The notes under the pieces were generated by a model, which ran no database searches, had not been told where the DNA came from, and saw nothing but the letters and a program-made list of their open reading frames with translations. A DNA stretch of 64,000 nt from Candidatus Sysuiplasmataceae archaeon (GTDB lineage Archaea > Thermoplasmatota > Thermoplasmata > Sysuiplasmatales > Sysuiplasmataceae). Made by a program: the position numbers and the translations under genes. The stretch covers positions 7,950 through 71,949 of the forward strand of contig JBJKPR010000053.1 in the NCBI GenBank assembly GCA_046706185.1, in the 5' to 3' direction. Position 1 is the first letter of the stretch. Every line of letters starts with the position of its first letter. Below, piece by piece: positions 1-10,713 of this stretch.

Positions 1-67
1 GCCGAGATTCCCGCAATGATAGGCGGAGCGTGGAAAAATAAACAGTGTCAACGCCTTCCAGAACTGG

Positions 68-1858
68 GTGTCCGCAGGCTTTGTTCGAAAATGGATAATC
101 GTCGGGATTTTCATAGGCATAGTCGCGGGCATCGGATCTCTTGTGCTTTACTACGCCATAGAATTCAGCACCAGGCTGATCCTGACTGGCCTGACAAACT
201 TCTCCCCGCCCGCAACTTTTCTGGAGGGGCAGGGACCGCAGTATTCACTCGGCAGCTACAGGTACTGGCTGATCCCCGTGGCGACAACGATAGGGGGCCT
301 TTTGTCCGGAATTCTGGTCTACGGATTTGCGCCCGAAGCAGAGGGACACGGTACAGATGCGGCAATCGACGCATTCCACTACAAGAAGGGGCACATAAGA
401 AGGAGGATTCCCGCGGTGAAACTGGTCGCCTCAGCCGTGACCATAGGCTCAGGAGGTAGCGCTGGCAGGGAGGGGCCGGTCGCTCAAATAGCTGCAGGCT
501 TCGGATCGTTCATAGCAGATGTATTCGGCATGGACGACAGGGACAGGAGGATCGCAGTTGCAGCTGGAATTGGGGCAGGCATCGGCAGCATATTCATGGC
601 GCCCTTCGGAGGAGCCCTTCTGAGCACCGAAGTGCTTTACAGAAGGGACTTCGAGGTGGACGCGCTTGTCCCCTCCATAATTGCATCGGCCACGGGATAC
701 GGCATATTCGGCTATTTCTTCAACTACAAGCCGTTGTTTGCAATTCAGCAGACCACAGTCGGTTTCAACCATCCGCAGTCACTTGTAATATACACACTCA
801 TTGGGCTGGTCACTGGACTCCTCGGGATACTCTATGTCGCTTCCTTCTATGGTGTGAAAAACCAGTTCGCCAAGATGAAGAAAGTGCCTGCTTATTTCAG
901 GCCGGCGATAGGCGGCCTCATGGTGGGGCTCATCGCAATGATGTTCCCGCAGGTAATGGGGCTGAGCTACGGATGGCTGCAGCTTCTCTTTTACGGAGGC
1001 ACCGACCAGTTCGCATCTCTGACGCTGATGCCAATCTGGATCCTGATCGCACTCATTTTCCTGAAGATAATTGCCACGTCGTTCTCAATTGGCTCTGGAG
1101 GTTCCGGGGGCGTTTATGCACCCGGAATCGTAATCGGAGGGTTCACCGGCGCAGTCTTATGGCTGGTCTTCCATCCGTTCGTCCCGTTCCTCAGCATCGC
1201 GGACATGGTCATCGTCTCCATGATCGCATTCTTTGGTGGCGTATCGAAGGCACCCATATCAATCATAATCATGGGAACCGAAATGACAGGAGGATATGCG
1301 CTCTTCCTCCCTCTCATGCTTGCAACTGTGATTTCATACTTCGTCTCAGGCACAAAGTATTCGATCTACAAGGCGCAGGTGCTTGACAGGGCCCACTCCC
1401 CCGCCCATCAGCAGGAATACGAAAGGCCTCTGATGGATTACATAAAGATCTACGAGGCGATGAACTCTAGCATATGCACCATGGAAGGGGGGACCACTCT
1501 TGACGATGCTCTGAAGCTCGTGGGACAGCTCAAGACAAAAGGCGTGGTTATTGTCAATTCTCTGAACGAGATAAGCGGCTACGTGACCAGGGCAGAAATA
1601 GAGAAGAACACCGGAGATGCCACCAAACGGCTCAGGGACATATCGACACGGGTGCTCCAGACCATATCGCCGGAACAGACAGCTCACGAGGCATTCAACG
1701 TGCTCACCAGCGAGAAGATAGAGTTTCTTGCTGTCGTGGACAAGAAGAGGAAGAGTGACCAGATTGTCGGCGTGATAGGCCTTCAGGACATAGCCAAGGC
1801 ATATAACGAGAAGATAAGGAGCCTGCCGGAGTCACCGTTCTTCGACGACATGATGTAG
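68..1858 (+). CDS. ClC-type chloride channel / H+-Cl- antiporter with C-terminal CBS-domain pair
   Basis: 596-aa ORF with a GTG start. Multiple TM helices. ClC signature GSGGSAGREGP (GREGP filter) plus a second GSG(G)SGG repeat. A ~150-aa soluble C-terminal CBS-like region. Confidence 0.8.
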   Translation: MSAGFVRKWIIVGIFIGIVAGIGSLVLYYAIEFSTRLILTGLTNFSPPATFLEGQGPQYSLGSYRYWLIPVATTIGGLLSGILVYGFAPEAEGHGTDAAIDAFHYKKGHIRRRIPAVKLVASAVTIGSGGSAGREGPVAQIAAGFGSFIADVFGMDDRDRRIAVAAGIGAGIGSIFMAPFGGALLSTEVLYRRDFEVDALVPSIIASATGYGIFGYFFNYKPLFAIQQTTVGFNHPQSLVIYTLIGLVTGLLGILYVASFYGVKNQFAKMKKVPAYFRPAIGGLMVGLIAMMFPQVMGLSYGWLQLLFYGGTDQFASLTLMPIWILIALIFLKIIATSFSIGSGGSGGVYAPGIVIGGFTGAVLWLVFHPFVPFLSIADMVIVSMIAFFGGVSKAPISIIIMGTEMTGGYALFLPLMLATVISYFVSGTKYSIYKAQVLDRAHSPAHQQEYERPLMDYIKIYEAMNSSICTMEGGTTLDDALKLVGQLKTKGVVIVNSLNEISGYVTRAEIEKNTGDATKRLRDISTRVLQTISPEQTAHEAFNVLTSEKIEFLAVVDKKRKSDQIVGVIGLQDIAKAYNEKIRSLPESPFFDDMM

Positions 1859-1861
1859 GCA

Positions 1862-2389
1862 TCAGTCAGTCCCTGTCCCGCCCGCCTCGCGGAGTACAAG
1901 CCTGAGGCAGTCCTCCACCGTCATTAGCCTTATTTCCTCCCTTTCGCCGGAGTATTTTTTCTCGATGACTGTCGAACGTGTATCTGTCACAAGCGCCGCG
2001 TAAACGAGACCTACTGGTTTTGATGGCGTTTCCCCCGATGGTCCCGCTATGCCGGTGCATGAGACTGACATGGACGTGTCGAATATCCTTCGTGCCCCGT
2101 ACGCCATCTCAAGCGCTGTTTCCCTGCTTACGGCCCCGTGGGATGTGAGAGTTCTCCGCCTCACGCCGAGAACCTTCTCCTTTGATTCGTTACTGTAGGC
2201 GATCGCTCCACCCTTGAAGTAGCTGGATGCCCCGGGGATGGCGACAATAAACGCGCCCAAAAGGCCCCCTGTTATAGACTCAGCGGTGGAAATTGTCAGT
2301 TGTCTTTCCGAAAGCAGGACGCCCACCGACCGGGCAAGTTCACCTGCTCTGGCCTGAAAGGTAGAATAGCTCCCGGACGCGATCAACAC
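1862..2389 (-). CDS. CinA C-terminal domain protein / NMN amidohydrolase (PncC-like)
   Basis: 175 aa. TAESITGG (TAESCTGG-like) motif and overall similarity to E. coli PncC/YgaD as recalled from memory. The 5' end overlaps the nadM 3' end by 50 nt. Confidence 0.7.
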   Translation of the reverse strand: MLIASGSYSTFQARAGELARSVGVLLSERQLTISTAESITGGLLGAFIVAIPGASSYFKGGAIAYSNESKEKVLGVRRRTLTSHGAVSRETALEMAYGARRIFDTSMSVSCTGIAGPSGETPSKPVGLVYAALVTDTRSTVIEKKYSGEREEIRLMTVEDCLRLVLREAGGTGTD

Positions 2390-2861
2390 CGCCGAACATG
2401 TCGATTATCCCGGTAACAGCAGGCGGGACGGACTGTTTCCAGTCTCCGCCGTTGATCATCTGTTCCCTGATATACGACCCGCTGTACTTCTCCTTGTTGT
2501 ATACCTTTGTCTGCCTCACCTCATAGCCAGACTCGCTGAACAGCCTCTGGGTAAGAGGATTGTTGGTGAAAATCGTATGAAAGGGAGGGACAAGAGATCT
2601 CACATGGGAGACCCAGACGGCATACCTGTTCACATCGATCACAGGCACTATGTTCACCCTGTCGTATATCCCCTCGGCCTGCAGGGCCGAAAAAAGCATC
2701 TCATACCGCTCTCCCGCCGTGAACGGGTTGTCACGGGTGTGGGAGTACTGTGCGCTGCCGATGGCGACGATGAGCCTGTCGCAATAGCCCAAAGCTTCCT
2801 TGACGGCAGCGAGATGCCCGAGATGGAATGGCTGGTATCTCCCCACGATGAGGCCGTTCAT
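2340..2861 (-). CDS. nadM: nicotinamide-nucleotide adenylyltransferase (archaeal NMNAT)
   Basis: 173 aa. N-terminal GRYQPFHLGH nucleotidyltransferase (H/T)xGH motif; size typical of archaeal NMNAT. Confidence 0.8.
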   Translation of the reverse strand: MNGLIVGRYQPFHLGHLAAVKEALGYCDRLIVAIGSAQYSHTRDNPFTAGERYEMLFSALQAEGIYDRVNIVPVIDVNRYAVWVSHVRSLVPPFHTIFTNNPLTQRLFSESGYEVRQTKVYNKEKYSGSYIREQMINGGDWKQSVPPAVTGIIDMFGGVDRVRELFYLSGQSR

Positions 2862-2878
2862 GCGCCATCAACTTCCGC

Positions 2879-4903
2879 TCATCGTGGTACTGGTCTTCCG
2901 CCCTTTATCTTCGCCGCGGAAATGGACGAATCCACTTCCTCTCCTGGCTCCTGCTTTATCTCTCCGAGGATCGTGCTGAGCTTTGAAATGAGCCTGTCCT
3001 TGCCTGAGCCAGGAACGAGTGCCTCCCTTAGGACATCCAGAAGAGTCCTCACAGGGAATACCTTGATTTTTCCCTCGTACTTCGGGTCAAGTATTATGTC
3101 GCCCAGGTTGTCAAGCGGAACTATGACCTCCCTGATGCCTGTCTCTGCTGCAGCCTCTGTCTTTGCAGTCACGCCTCCGACGGGGAGGACGTCCCCCCTT
3201 ACGCTCAGGCTGCCTGTCATTGCAATTGTCTGGTCAACGGGTATGTTCTCGAACGCGCTGATTACCGCTGTCGCGATCGATATTGAGGCGCTGTCACCTT
3301 CCACTCCCTCATAAGTCCCGATGAACTGTATGTGTATGTCGTGATTGCTTATGTCCTCTCCGGAGTATTTCTTTATAATCGCGGAGACGTTGTCGACCGC
3401 TTCCTTGGCGATGTCACCCAGCTTGCCCGTGGCGACAACCCTTCCGCCCGACTTGGTGTGGGCGGGCGTCACCTCGGCAACTATAGGCAGCACAATGCCC
3501 GAGAACTCTGACATTCCAGTGTCAGCTCCCAGCGCTGCAAGGCCGTTGACTGTCCCGACAAGGTTCCCGCCGATTGAAATCGTGTTGTACTCCTTCCTTC
3601 TCTGTATGTATCTGTCGGCAACCTGCTGCTCGAGGGAGCGTGCAATTTTCTTTGCCTTCAGCACGTGTTCGTTCCTGACAAGGTCCGAACTCTCCTCCCT
3701 TGCTATGTCACCAGCCACGCGGATAAGGCCACCGAGCTCCCTCAGTCTGAGTGTCAGCCTGCCCTTTCTGCCCGCGCGCCTCTGTGCTTCCTTTATTATC
3801 TCCGACACGGCGAACTTGTCAAAGTGCGGTATCTTCTTGTCCTTGACGACTTCCTGGGCAACAAAGCGGACTAGCTTCTCCCTGTTGAGATTGGAGTCCG
3901 GCATCGTTGTGTTCATGTAAACTTCGTATCCGTAACCCCTTACCCTTGACCTCAGCGCAGGGTGCATGCCCTGCAGAGCATCCAGGTTACCGGCAGCGAC
4001 GAGTATAAAGTCGCAGGGGACCGGTTCGCTCTTCACCATTGCGCCGGAACTCCTCTCACTCTGGCCAAGTATCGAGAACTTGCCTTCCTGGAGCGCCGTC
4101 AGCAGGCTCTGCTGCGACTCGATCCTGAGGAGGTTTATCTCGTCAATGAAAAGGACCCCTTTGTTTGCCTTGTGAATTGCACCAACCTCTAGCCTTTCAT
4201 GCGCAGGGGTTTCTAGACCGCCGCTCTGGAACGGGTCATGCTTCACGTCGCCGAGAAGTGCGCCCGCGTGAGCGCCTGTGGCGTCAATGAACGGGGGAAC
4301 CTCATCCGGGCTGTGCCCTATCAGCAGCTTGGGGACCATTATGCTTTCCTGACGCTGACCCGTGTAGCGCATAAGGAAGTAAATGAAAATGGCGCCTATG
4401 ATGCCGAAAAGCAGTATCGACGGGTCCGCATGGTCCAGTATGAATATCGCCACCGACGCAATGACTATCATCACTACAAGCATCCAGTAAACGGATGCCT
4501 TCTGCTGCCTCCTTTGCAGCATCTCTGCCCTCTGCGCATTTACGATTTCGCGCCCTTTGCCGACGGGCACAACTCTTATCTTCGGCTCGTTGGGGTCATC
4601 TGAATTGTGGTAGGCAATGACGTCCTGCAGCTCACTCTTGGGCAGAAATTCGGTCATTGACCTGGCAAGCATCGACTTTCCTGTCCCCGGCTCACCGATC
4701 AGCATTACGTGCCGCTTCTGCTCGGCTGCTTTCCTCACTACCCTGACCGCTTCATCCTGCCCTATAACCTGGTCCGCAAGATGCGGGGGTATGCTTATTT
4801 CACCCGTGTTAGCGAAATTCTGGGTTACAATCCAGGTATCTGCATCTGGCATCTCCTCCTGGACCTTCTCCTCAGCATTAACGTTGTTAGAATTATCCGG
4901 CAA
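2879..4903 (-). CDS. lonB: archaeal membrane-bound Lon protease (LonB)
   Basis: 674 aa. AAA+ Walker A GEPGTGKS and Walker B FIDEIN. Two hydrophobic helices inserted into the ATPase domain. C-terminal protease domain with a GDSAS Ser-Lys dyad context. Confidence 0.9.
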   Translation of the reverse strand: MPDNSNNVNAEEKVQEEMPDADTWIVTQNFANTGEISIPPHLADQVIGQDEAVRVVRKAAEQKRHVMLIGEPGTGKSMLARSMTEFLPKSELQDVIAYHNSDDPNEPKIRVVPVGKGREIVNAQRAEMLQRRQQKASVYWMLVVMIVIASVAIFILDHADPSILLFGIIGAIFIYFLMRYTGQRQESIMVPKLLIGHSPDEVPPFIDATGAHAGALLGDVKHDPFQSGGLETPAHERLEVGAIHKANKGVLFIDEINLLRIESQQSLLTALQEGKFSILGQSERSSGAMVKSEPVPCDFILVAAGNLDALQGMHPALRSRVRGYGYEVYMNTTMPDSNLNREKLVRFVAQEVVKDKKIPHFDKFAVSEIIKEAQRRAGRKGRLTLRLRELGGLIRVAGDIAREESSDLVRNEHVLKAKKIARSLEQQVADRYIQRRKEYNTISIGGNLVGTVNGLAALGADTGMSEFSGIVLPIVAEVTPAHTKSGGRVVATGKLGDIAKEAVDNVSAIIKKYSGEDISNHDIHIQFIGTYEGVEGDSASISIATAVISAFENIPVDQTIAMTGSLSVRGDVLPVGGVTAKTEAAAETGIREVIVPLDNLGDIILDPKYEGKIKVFPVRTLLDVLREALVPGSGKDRLISKLSTILGEIKQEPGEEVDSSISAAKIKGGRPVPR

Positions 4904-5076
4904 GTATTTCAGCTCTTTTTGAATTATACGTGTCGTTGCTAAATAAGGTTTTTGGGATTAGTGTGCCCTGGAGATAACTCCCGGTTGCGATATCCAGGCA
5001 TGCCAGCGGCATCCAAAGCGGCTTCGCGAAGGATGCATGAACCAGTTAAGTACTTGCATACAATGTTGCCTAGACA

Positions 5077-7260
5077 ATGCTTGTAGGAGAACTGCAGATA
5101 GAAGCAGACTTGGCAGAGAAGCTCAGAGCGCAGGGCATTGAGAAGCTTTACCCCACGCAGTCGGCCACAATACCCTCCGTGCTGCAGGGCAGGAATATTG
5201 TTGTGGCTGTCCCGACCGCAAGCGGCAAGTCGCTCATAGGGTATATGGCACTTCTGAGGGCGGCAAGGCTTGGACAGAAGGGCATGTATATTGTGCCGCT
5301 CAGGGCGCTTGCTTCCGAGAAGTACGAGGAGCTGAAAGCCTTCGAGCAGCTCGGAATAAGGGTAACAATCTCCACAGGCGACTACGACTCCTCAGGCGAA
5401 AGGCTCGGAAGATACGATATAATTGTGGCAACGAGCGAAAAGGCGGACTCTCTTCTGAGGCACAGTGCGAGCTGGATATCAAAACTCTCTGTGATTGTCG
5501 TGGATGAGATACACCTCATAAACGAGCCGGAAAGGGGACCTACGCTCGAAATGGTCATAGCCAGGCTCAGGAAACTGGTCCCAAACATACAGGTCGTCGG
5601 ACTGAGCGCTACAATCAAGAATTCTCAGGAGATTGCGGAATGGCTCGGTGCCGATCACTACTCCAGCGACTGGAGGCCGGTTGACCTAAAGCAGGGCGTC
5701 TACAGCAATTCAGAGATATTCTTCACGGACAACGAAAGGAGGAAAGTGAAGAAGAGGGAGGGGGAGGATGTCTGGTCTCTCATTTACGAGTCGGTTGCCG
5801 GCGGCGGACAGGCACTGGTGTTTGTGAACACTAGGAAGAACACCGAGAGCGCCGCACTGAAGTACAGGGCTCACATGGCGGCACTGCTGAAGGAGCTTGA
5901 TGCGAAGGATCTACCGACAGGGGAGGAGCTGGAGGATGACATCGAGGAGGCGGGCGAGGCAAGGAGGACGCTCAACGAATGCATCAGGGCGGGTATCGCA
6001 TTTCACCATGCCGGGTTGACAAACACACAGCGGCAGAAGGTTGAGAGACTCTTCAAGAGCAGGAAGATAAAGTGCCTGTTCGCGACACCCACGCTGGCGG
6101 CTGGAATCAACCTGCCTGCAAGAACTGTAATTGTCCGTGACTTATACAGGTATGATTCGCAGCTTGGAAACACGCTGATACCTGTAATGGAGGTGAAGCA
6201 GATGTGTGGCCGTGCCGGGAGACCGAGGTACGACCCGTACGGGGAGGCCATCATTGTTGCAAGAAACAGCGAGATGGCGTCATTCATACTGGAGGAGTAC
6301 CTACTTGGCGAGGTAGAAAAGATAAGCTCCCAGATAGGAAACGAGCGTTCCCTCAGGAACCATATACTATCTGCTGTGGCGACACGTGTGGCCAACAACA
6401 TGCATGAGCTGAGGGAGTTTCTGGCTCTGACGTTCTACGCCTACCAGTTTGACGTAGATACGCTGGAAAGGGCATCAATCGAGATGCTCAGGTATCTGCA
6501 GGCAAACGGAATGGTGACAGGAAACGGTGAAGAGTTCAGGGCTACTCTTCTGGGAAAACGTGTCTCTGACCTCTACATCGACCCGAAGACGGCTATCATG
6601 CTGAAGAAGGTGATTGCAGAGTTCAAGCCCGGCAAGGAACTTGGTCTGCTCCAGGCCGTGTGTTCCACACCTGACATGATACCCATATACTCGAGAAACT
6701 CTGACGTGGACACTCTGCTGGAGGTTGTAGAGAGCAGGGAAAGGGAGCTCATATTCACGCTCGACGAAGCGGAGGATGAAACTCTCTACCTCTCGGAGCT
6801 CAAGACCGCCATGATGCTGAAGGACTGGATCAGCGAGGAGAAGGAGGAGGCGATACTTGCAAGGTATGGCATCTACCCTGGGGACCTCAGGAACAAATCA
6901 GAAACGGCCACATGGCTTCTCTACAGCGCGGAGGAACTGGCGCAGCTTGGCGGGGCCGAAAATGCAAGGAGCATAGGGCACATAGCAATGCGAGTTGAGA
7001 AGGGTGTTAGCGAACGATTGCTGGATGTTGCTTCCCTCAGGGGTATAGGGAGGTCGAGGGCGGCATCCCTTTTCACACACGGCTTCAGGACAAGGAAGGA
7101 CATATCCTCATCATCCGAGGAGGAACTGACAAAGGTCCCGGGCATTGGAAGGCAGCTTGCAAAGTCAATAGTGGAGCAGGCACGAAGGACACGAAAGACG
7201 ATCGAGCCGATCGCGGCTGAGACCCCAATACCAAGGGACTGGTTTTTCGATGAAGAATGA
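5077..7260 (+). CDS. hel308: Ski2-like DNA helicase Hel308/Hjm
   Basis: 727 aa. Walker A PTASGKSL, DEIH box, TPTLAAGINLP helicase motif. C-terminal HhH-like region. Confidence 0.85.
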   Translation: MLVGELQIEADLAEKLRAQGIEKLYPTQSATIPSVLQGRNIVVAVPTASGKSLIGYMALLRAARLGQKGMYIVPLRALASEKYEELKAFEQLGIRVTISTGDYDSSGERLGRYDIIVATSEKADSLLRHSASWISKLSVIVVDEIHLINEPERGPTLEMVIARLRKLVPNIQVVGLSATIKNSQEIAEWLGADHYSSDWRPVDLKQGVYSNSEIFFTDNERRKVKKREGEDVWSLIYESVAGGGQALVFVNTRKNTESAALKYRAHMAALLKELDAKDLPTGEELEDDIEEAGEARRTLNECIRAGIAFHHAGLTNTQRQKVERLFKSRKIKCLFATPTLAAGINLPARTVIVRDLYRYDSQLGNTLIPVMEVKQMCGRAGRPRYDPYGEAIIVARNSEMASFILEEYLLGEVEKISSQIGNERSLRNHILSAVATRVANNMHELREFLALTFYAYQFDVDTLERASIEMLRYLQANGMVTGNGEEFRATLLGKRVSDLYIDPKTAIMLKKVIAEFKPGKELGLLQAVCSTPDMIPIYSRNSDVDTLLEVVESRERELIFTLDEAEDETLYLSELKTAMMLKDWISEEKEEAILARYGIYPGDLRNKSETATWLLYSAEELAQLGGAENARSIGHIAMRVEKGVSERLLDVASLRGIGRSRAASLFTHGFRTRKDISSSSEEELTKVPGIGRQLAKSIVEQARRTRKTIEPIAAETPIPRDWFFDEE

Positions 7261-7756
7261 GGATGCTGAACCGAGATTTGGTTTCATCGGCTGCAGGGCG
7301 TCCAGGAGGATAGGTGCGCCAGCAATCATGAACGCATTCAGGGAAAGGGGCTGCATGGCTCAGCCCGTCAGGGCAGGGGTGGTTTTCGGGAAGGAACACC
7401 TCCTCTCTGCCTGCATGCATGCCGAGAGGTCGCTTGAGCGTGGGGAGGGCGCGTCAAAGGATCTGATGACAGAGGTTGCTCTCTACATAGGATGCAGCAG
7501 TCAGCTTTCCAGGGCACTGGCTCTTGTCAGGATAGAGGATGAAAGTGAAATTGTGGTAATCACCAGGCCAAGGCTGCGCGATGCAGATACAACGGAAGTG
7601 CTTCAGGGACTGGACATGATCAGGGATGACACGCTCATGGACCCGACGAATGAAAGGGCGGCGAACGCACATGTGCTCGGCATAGACTCAACAGACCTTG
7701 CAACAGTACGGGAAGCCGTACTCGAGAAGGTGGCCCTGGTTGACCTCGAGCGCTGA
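7250..7756 (+). CDS. cgi121: KEOPS complex subunit Cgi121
   Basis: 168 aa. Collinear with recalled M. jannaschii Cgi121: FGFIGCRASRRI, then KEHLLSACMHAERSLERGEGASKDLMTEVALYIGCSSQLSRAL, ending VLEKVALVDLER. The ATG overlaps the last 11 nt of hel308. Confidence 0.75.
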   Translation: MKNEDAEPRFGFIGCRASRRIGAPAIMNAFRERGCMAQPVRAGVVFGKEHLLSACMHAERSLERGEGASKDLMTEVALYIGCSSQLSRALALVRIEDESEIVVITRPRLRDADTTEVLQGLDMIRDDTLMDPTNERAANAHVLGIDSTDLATVREAVLEKVALVDLER

Positions 7757-7922
7757 ACCCGAACTGGAATAGCACGTTGCACGCAAGATTGTGGGGACTG
7801 ACAGAGGCAGCTGAATGGCAAGGCTAAAATAATCAACAAAGGTACAAACAGCCCGTTGACGGTGCGGTTACCATGGAGCCAGTGACTGGGACCGCACGTG
7901 GACGAACGGACTGAAGGAGTGT

Positions 7923-9059
7923 ATGGTTCTGGACAAGAAAGAGATAATCGAGCTTCTGAGACCGGTGAGGGACCCTGAGATAGGCCTGAGCATAATCGAA
8001 CTGAACATGGTACGGAACATTGAGGTCAAGGGCCAGGACGTATCGCTCGAGGTTGTCCTGACCGTCCAGGGATGCCCGCTCCAGAAGACGATTGAGTCTG
8101 ATGTGAGGACAATACTGCTCGCGAACAAGCAGATCAAGAAGGTGGACCTCAAGCTGGGCGTGATGACGAAAGAGGAACAGCTCGCACTTTCTGAGGAACT
8201 CAGGAGGAGAAGAAACGAAAACAAACCGAAGGGCGCGACGGAAATCGCGCCCGGCATCTTCCGTTACGGCAAGATGCAGATACAGCATGTCATTGGCATC
8301 GTTTCAGGAAAGGGGGGTGTCGGAAAGTCACTGACAACCGCTGTAATTGCAAATGAGCTAGCAAGAGAAGGTTTCAAAGTGGGGGTTCTGGACGCCGACA
8401 TCACTGGCCCCAGCATGGCGAAGATCATGGGCGTTAACGAAAAGGCGGGTGCCACTGAAAAAATGCTCATACCAGCCAAAACAGGCGCAGGCATCAAGCT
8501 GATCTCGATGAACCTGATACTTGAGAAGCAGACACAGGCGGTGATCTGGAGAGGGCCTCTTGTTACAAGGGCCATCATTCAGATGTACGGGCAGACAGAC
8601 TGGGGTGACCTGCACTTCCTTCTGCTCGACCTGCCTCCCGGCACGAGCGATGCACAGCTCACCGTATTCCAGTCCATTCCGCTTGACGGGGTACTTGTTG
8701 TTACGACGCCCCAGTCGCTTGCGCACATGATCGTCGAAAAGGCACTTGACATGGCGAAGGTTACGAAGGTCCCTGTGATAGGCCTCGTGGAGAACATGAG
8801 CTACCTGAAGTGTCCCCACTGCGGCGAGAAGATCAACCTCTACCCTAGGGATGAGGGAAAGGAGGCGGAAATGCTGCATAAGCTTGAACGAGTGGGCGAA
8901 ATACCGTTCGACCCCAGGATAGCCGAACTTGCAGACAGGGGAGAGCTTGAGAAGTACGAGTCAGAGGAGGTAAGCACGCTTGTCAAGAATGTCAGGAAAA
9001 AGATACTCTCAATGGTCCCAGTGTCTGTTACGCCGATCGCATGGAAGGACGAGAAGTAA
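7923..9059 (+). CDS. Mrp/NBP35/ApbC-family Fe-S cluster carrier ATPase with N-terminal DUF59 domain
   Basis: 378 aa. Deviant Walker A GKGGVGKS. N-terminal DUF59-like segment. C-terminal CPHC. Confidence 0.85.
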   Translation: MVLDKKEIIELLRPVRDPEIGLSIIELNMVRNIEVKGQDVSLEVVLTVQGCPLQKTIESDVRTILLANKQIKKVDLKLGVMTKEEQLALSEELRRRRNENKPKGATEIAPGIFRYGKMQIQHVIGIVSGKGGVGKSLTTAVIANELAREGFKVGVLDADITGPSMAKIMGVNEKAGATEKMLIPAKTGAGIKLISMNLILEKQTQAVIWRGPLVTRAIIQMYGQTDWGDLHFLLLDLPPGTSDAQLTVFQSIPLDGVLVVTTPQSLAHMIVEKALDMAKVTKVPVIGLVENMSYLKCPHCGEKINLYPRDEGKEAEMLHKLERVGEIPFDPRIAELADRGELEKYESEEVSTLVKNVRKKILSMVPVSVTPIAWKDEK

Positions 9060-9159
9060 TTCCTTGCTGCGGTGGGCGCGCGGCCAGATGCGTCAAACAG
9101 GGAACCGAATACTGTTTTAAGCAGGTCAGGGATAAGACAGAGACTGGAAAGCAGTCGAA

Positions 9160-10080
9160 ATGGCACAACTTGTGGAATGCGTACCGAATTTCAGCGAGGG
9201 CAGGAATGCTCAAACAGTGGATGCCATAGCAGGTGCAATAAAACAGAGCAGGGGGATTATTTTCCTCGGTTCTGAAATGGATGCGGACCACAACAGGTCG
9301 GTGCTTACATTTGTTGGTAAGCCTGAGGATGTGGCTGAAGCCGCATTCAGAGCATGCAGCAAGGCGTCTGAGCTCATAGACATGAACAGCCACAGGGGTG
9401 AACATCCGAGGATCGGTGCCACCGACGTGATACCGCTCATACCACTGTCCGGAACAGATATGGAAAGTTGCGTCGTCCTTTCCAGAATGCTTGCCTCCAG
9501 GATTTCCGAGGAGCTGCACATACCAACGTACCTCTATGAGAGGTCTGCAACAAGGCCGGAAAGAAGGAACCTTTCGGACCTTAGAAAGGGGGAATACGAG
9601 GGGCTGAAGGATTCAATCAGGACAGAGGAAAGGAGGCCGGATTTCGGCAGGGCAGAGCTGCATCCGACCGCCGGCGCAACAGTTGTCGGGGCCAGGCCGC
9701 TGCTAGTGGCGTACAACGTCTACCTGAAGACAGAGGATATCGCGATTGCAAAAAGGATAGCGGGCAGGATCAGGGAAAAGAACGAGGGCATGGCGGGGGT
9801 GAAGGCTCTCGGCTTCTACATCGAGAAGAGGAAAATGGCCCAGGTCTCAATGAACCTGACAGACCTGTCAAGGACTTCGCCGCTAGCTGCATTCGACAGG
9901 GTAACGGAGGAGGCCGAAAGGGAAGGAGTATCGGTTGCCGGAAGTGAGATAGTGGGAATGGTCCCTGTTACCGCGATCTCAGAGGCTGCTGAGCAAAGGC
10001 TTAAGCTGGTTGATTTCGATCGCGGACAGATTATGGAAGGAAAACTTCTAGACATGCTACTTTCAGGGATGGCAGAATAA
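9160..10080 (+). CDS. glutamate formimidoyltransferase (FtcD transferase domain as stand-alone protein)
   Basis: 306 aa. N-terminal ECVPNFSEGR motif typical of the formiminotransferase domain. Confidence 0.8.
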   Translation: MAQLVECVPNFSEGRNAQTVDAIAGAIKQSRGIIFLGSEMDADHNRSVLTFVGKPEDVAEAAFRACSKASELIDMNSHRGEHPRIGATDVIPLIPLSGTDMESCVVLSRMLASRISEELHIPTYLYERSATRPERRNLSDLRKGEYEGLKDSIRTEERRPDFGRAELHPTAGATVVGARPLLVAYNVYLKTEDIAIAKRIAGRIREKNEGMAGVKALGFYIEKRKMAQVSMNLTDLSRTSPLAAFDRVTEEAEREGVSVAGSEIVGMVPVTAISEAAEQRLKLVDFDRGQIMEGKLLDMLLSGMAE

Positions 10081-10676
10081 TGACATACTCCGAGAAGAAA
10101 ATAAAGGAATTCGTGAAGGAGCTCAGTTCCTCATCTCCAACCCCTGGCGGGGGTTCCGCGTCGGCTCTCGTGGGCTCGATAGCCGCCTCGCTCATAGTCA
10201 TGGACTGCAACCTGACGCTCGGCAAGGAAGCATACAAGAGCGTGTCGAGGCAGGTTGGCGAAATCAAGCGGAGGGCTGCCAAGCTGTCATCCGACCTCCT
10301 GAGGTGTGCTGACAGGGATGCGAGGAGCTTCGAGACAGTGATGAGGGCGATTTCAATGCCAAAGAACACGGAGCTGCAGAAGCTGAAGCGTTTCGAAAAG
10401 GTACAGGGTGCGCTGAAGAAGGCAACGGAGGTGCCGCTTGAGATAATGATGAACTGCACCGAGCTGGAGTCGATGGCGAAATTCATGTCCGAAAACGGTA
10501 ACAAGAGCAGCAGGTCCGATGCGGTTGTCGGTGGCATTCTTGCAAACGCCGCCCTCAAGGGCGCCTATGAAAACCTGGAGATCAACCTTGAATCAATAAA
10601 GGACGAAAACTTCGTTGAATACATGAACAGAAAAGCGCTCGACCTTCTTAAATCACCCGCGCAGTTCGTCCGCTGA
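10080..10676 (+). CDS. formiminotetrahydrofolate cyclodeaminase (stand-alone FtcD cyclodeaminase domain)
   Basis: 198 aa. PTPGGGSASAL motif. Start overlaps the upstream stop by 1 nt (TAATG). Confidence 0.75.
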   Translation: MTYSEKKIKEFVKELSSSSPTPGGGSASALVGSIAASLIVMDCNLTLGKEAYKSVSRQVGEIKRRAAKLSSDLLRCADRDARSFETVMRAISMPKNTELQKLKRFEKVQGALKKATEVPLEIMMNCTELESMAKFMSENGNKSSRSDAVVGGILANAALKGAYENLEINLESIKDENFVEYMNRKALDLLKSPAQFVR

Positions 10677-10713
10677 GGCGGATGCACCCATCGCCCGGAA
10701 CAGTGCATGTCAC

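Noticed and set aside
16-459. 147-aa Arg-rich ORF at the window start
   Set aside because: Entirely overlaps the ClC channel gene in another frame. Low-complexity Arg/Gly composition typical of an out-of-frame GC-rich read-through.
2577-3314. 245-aa ORF antisense to lonB
   Set aside because: Antisense shadow ORF in GC-rich DNA. lonB has strong motif support.
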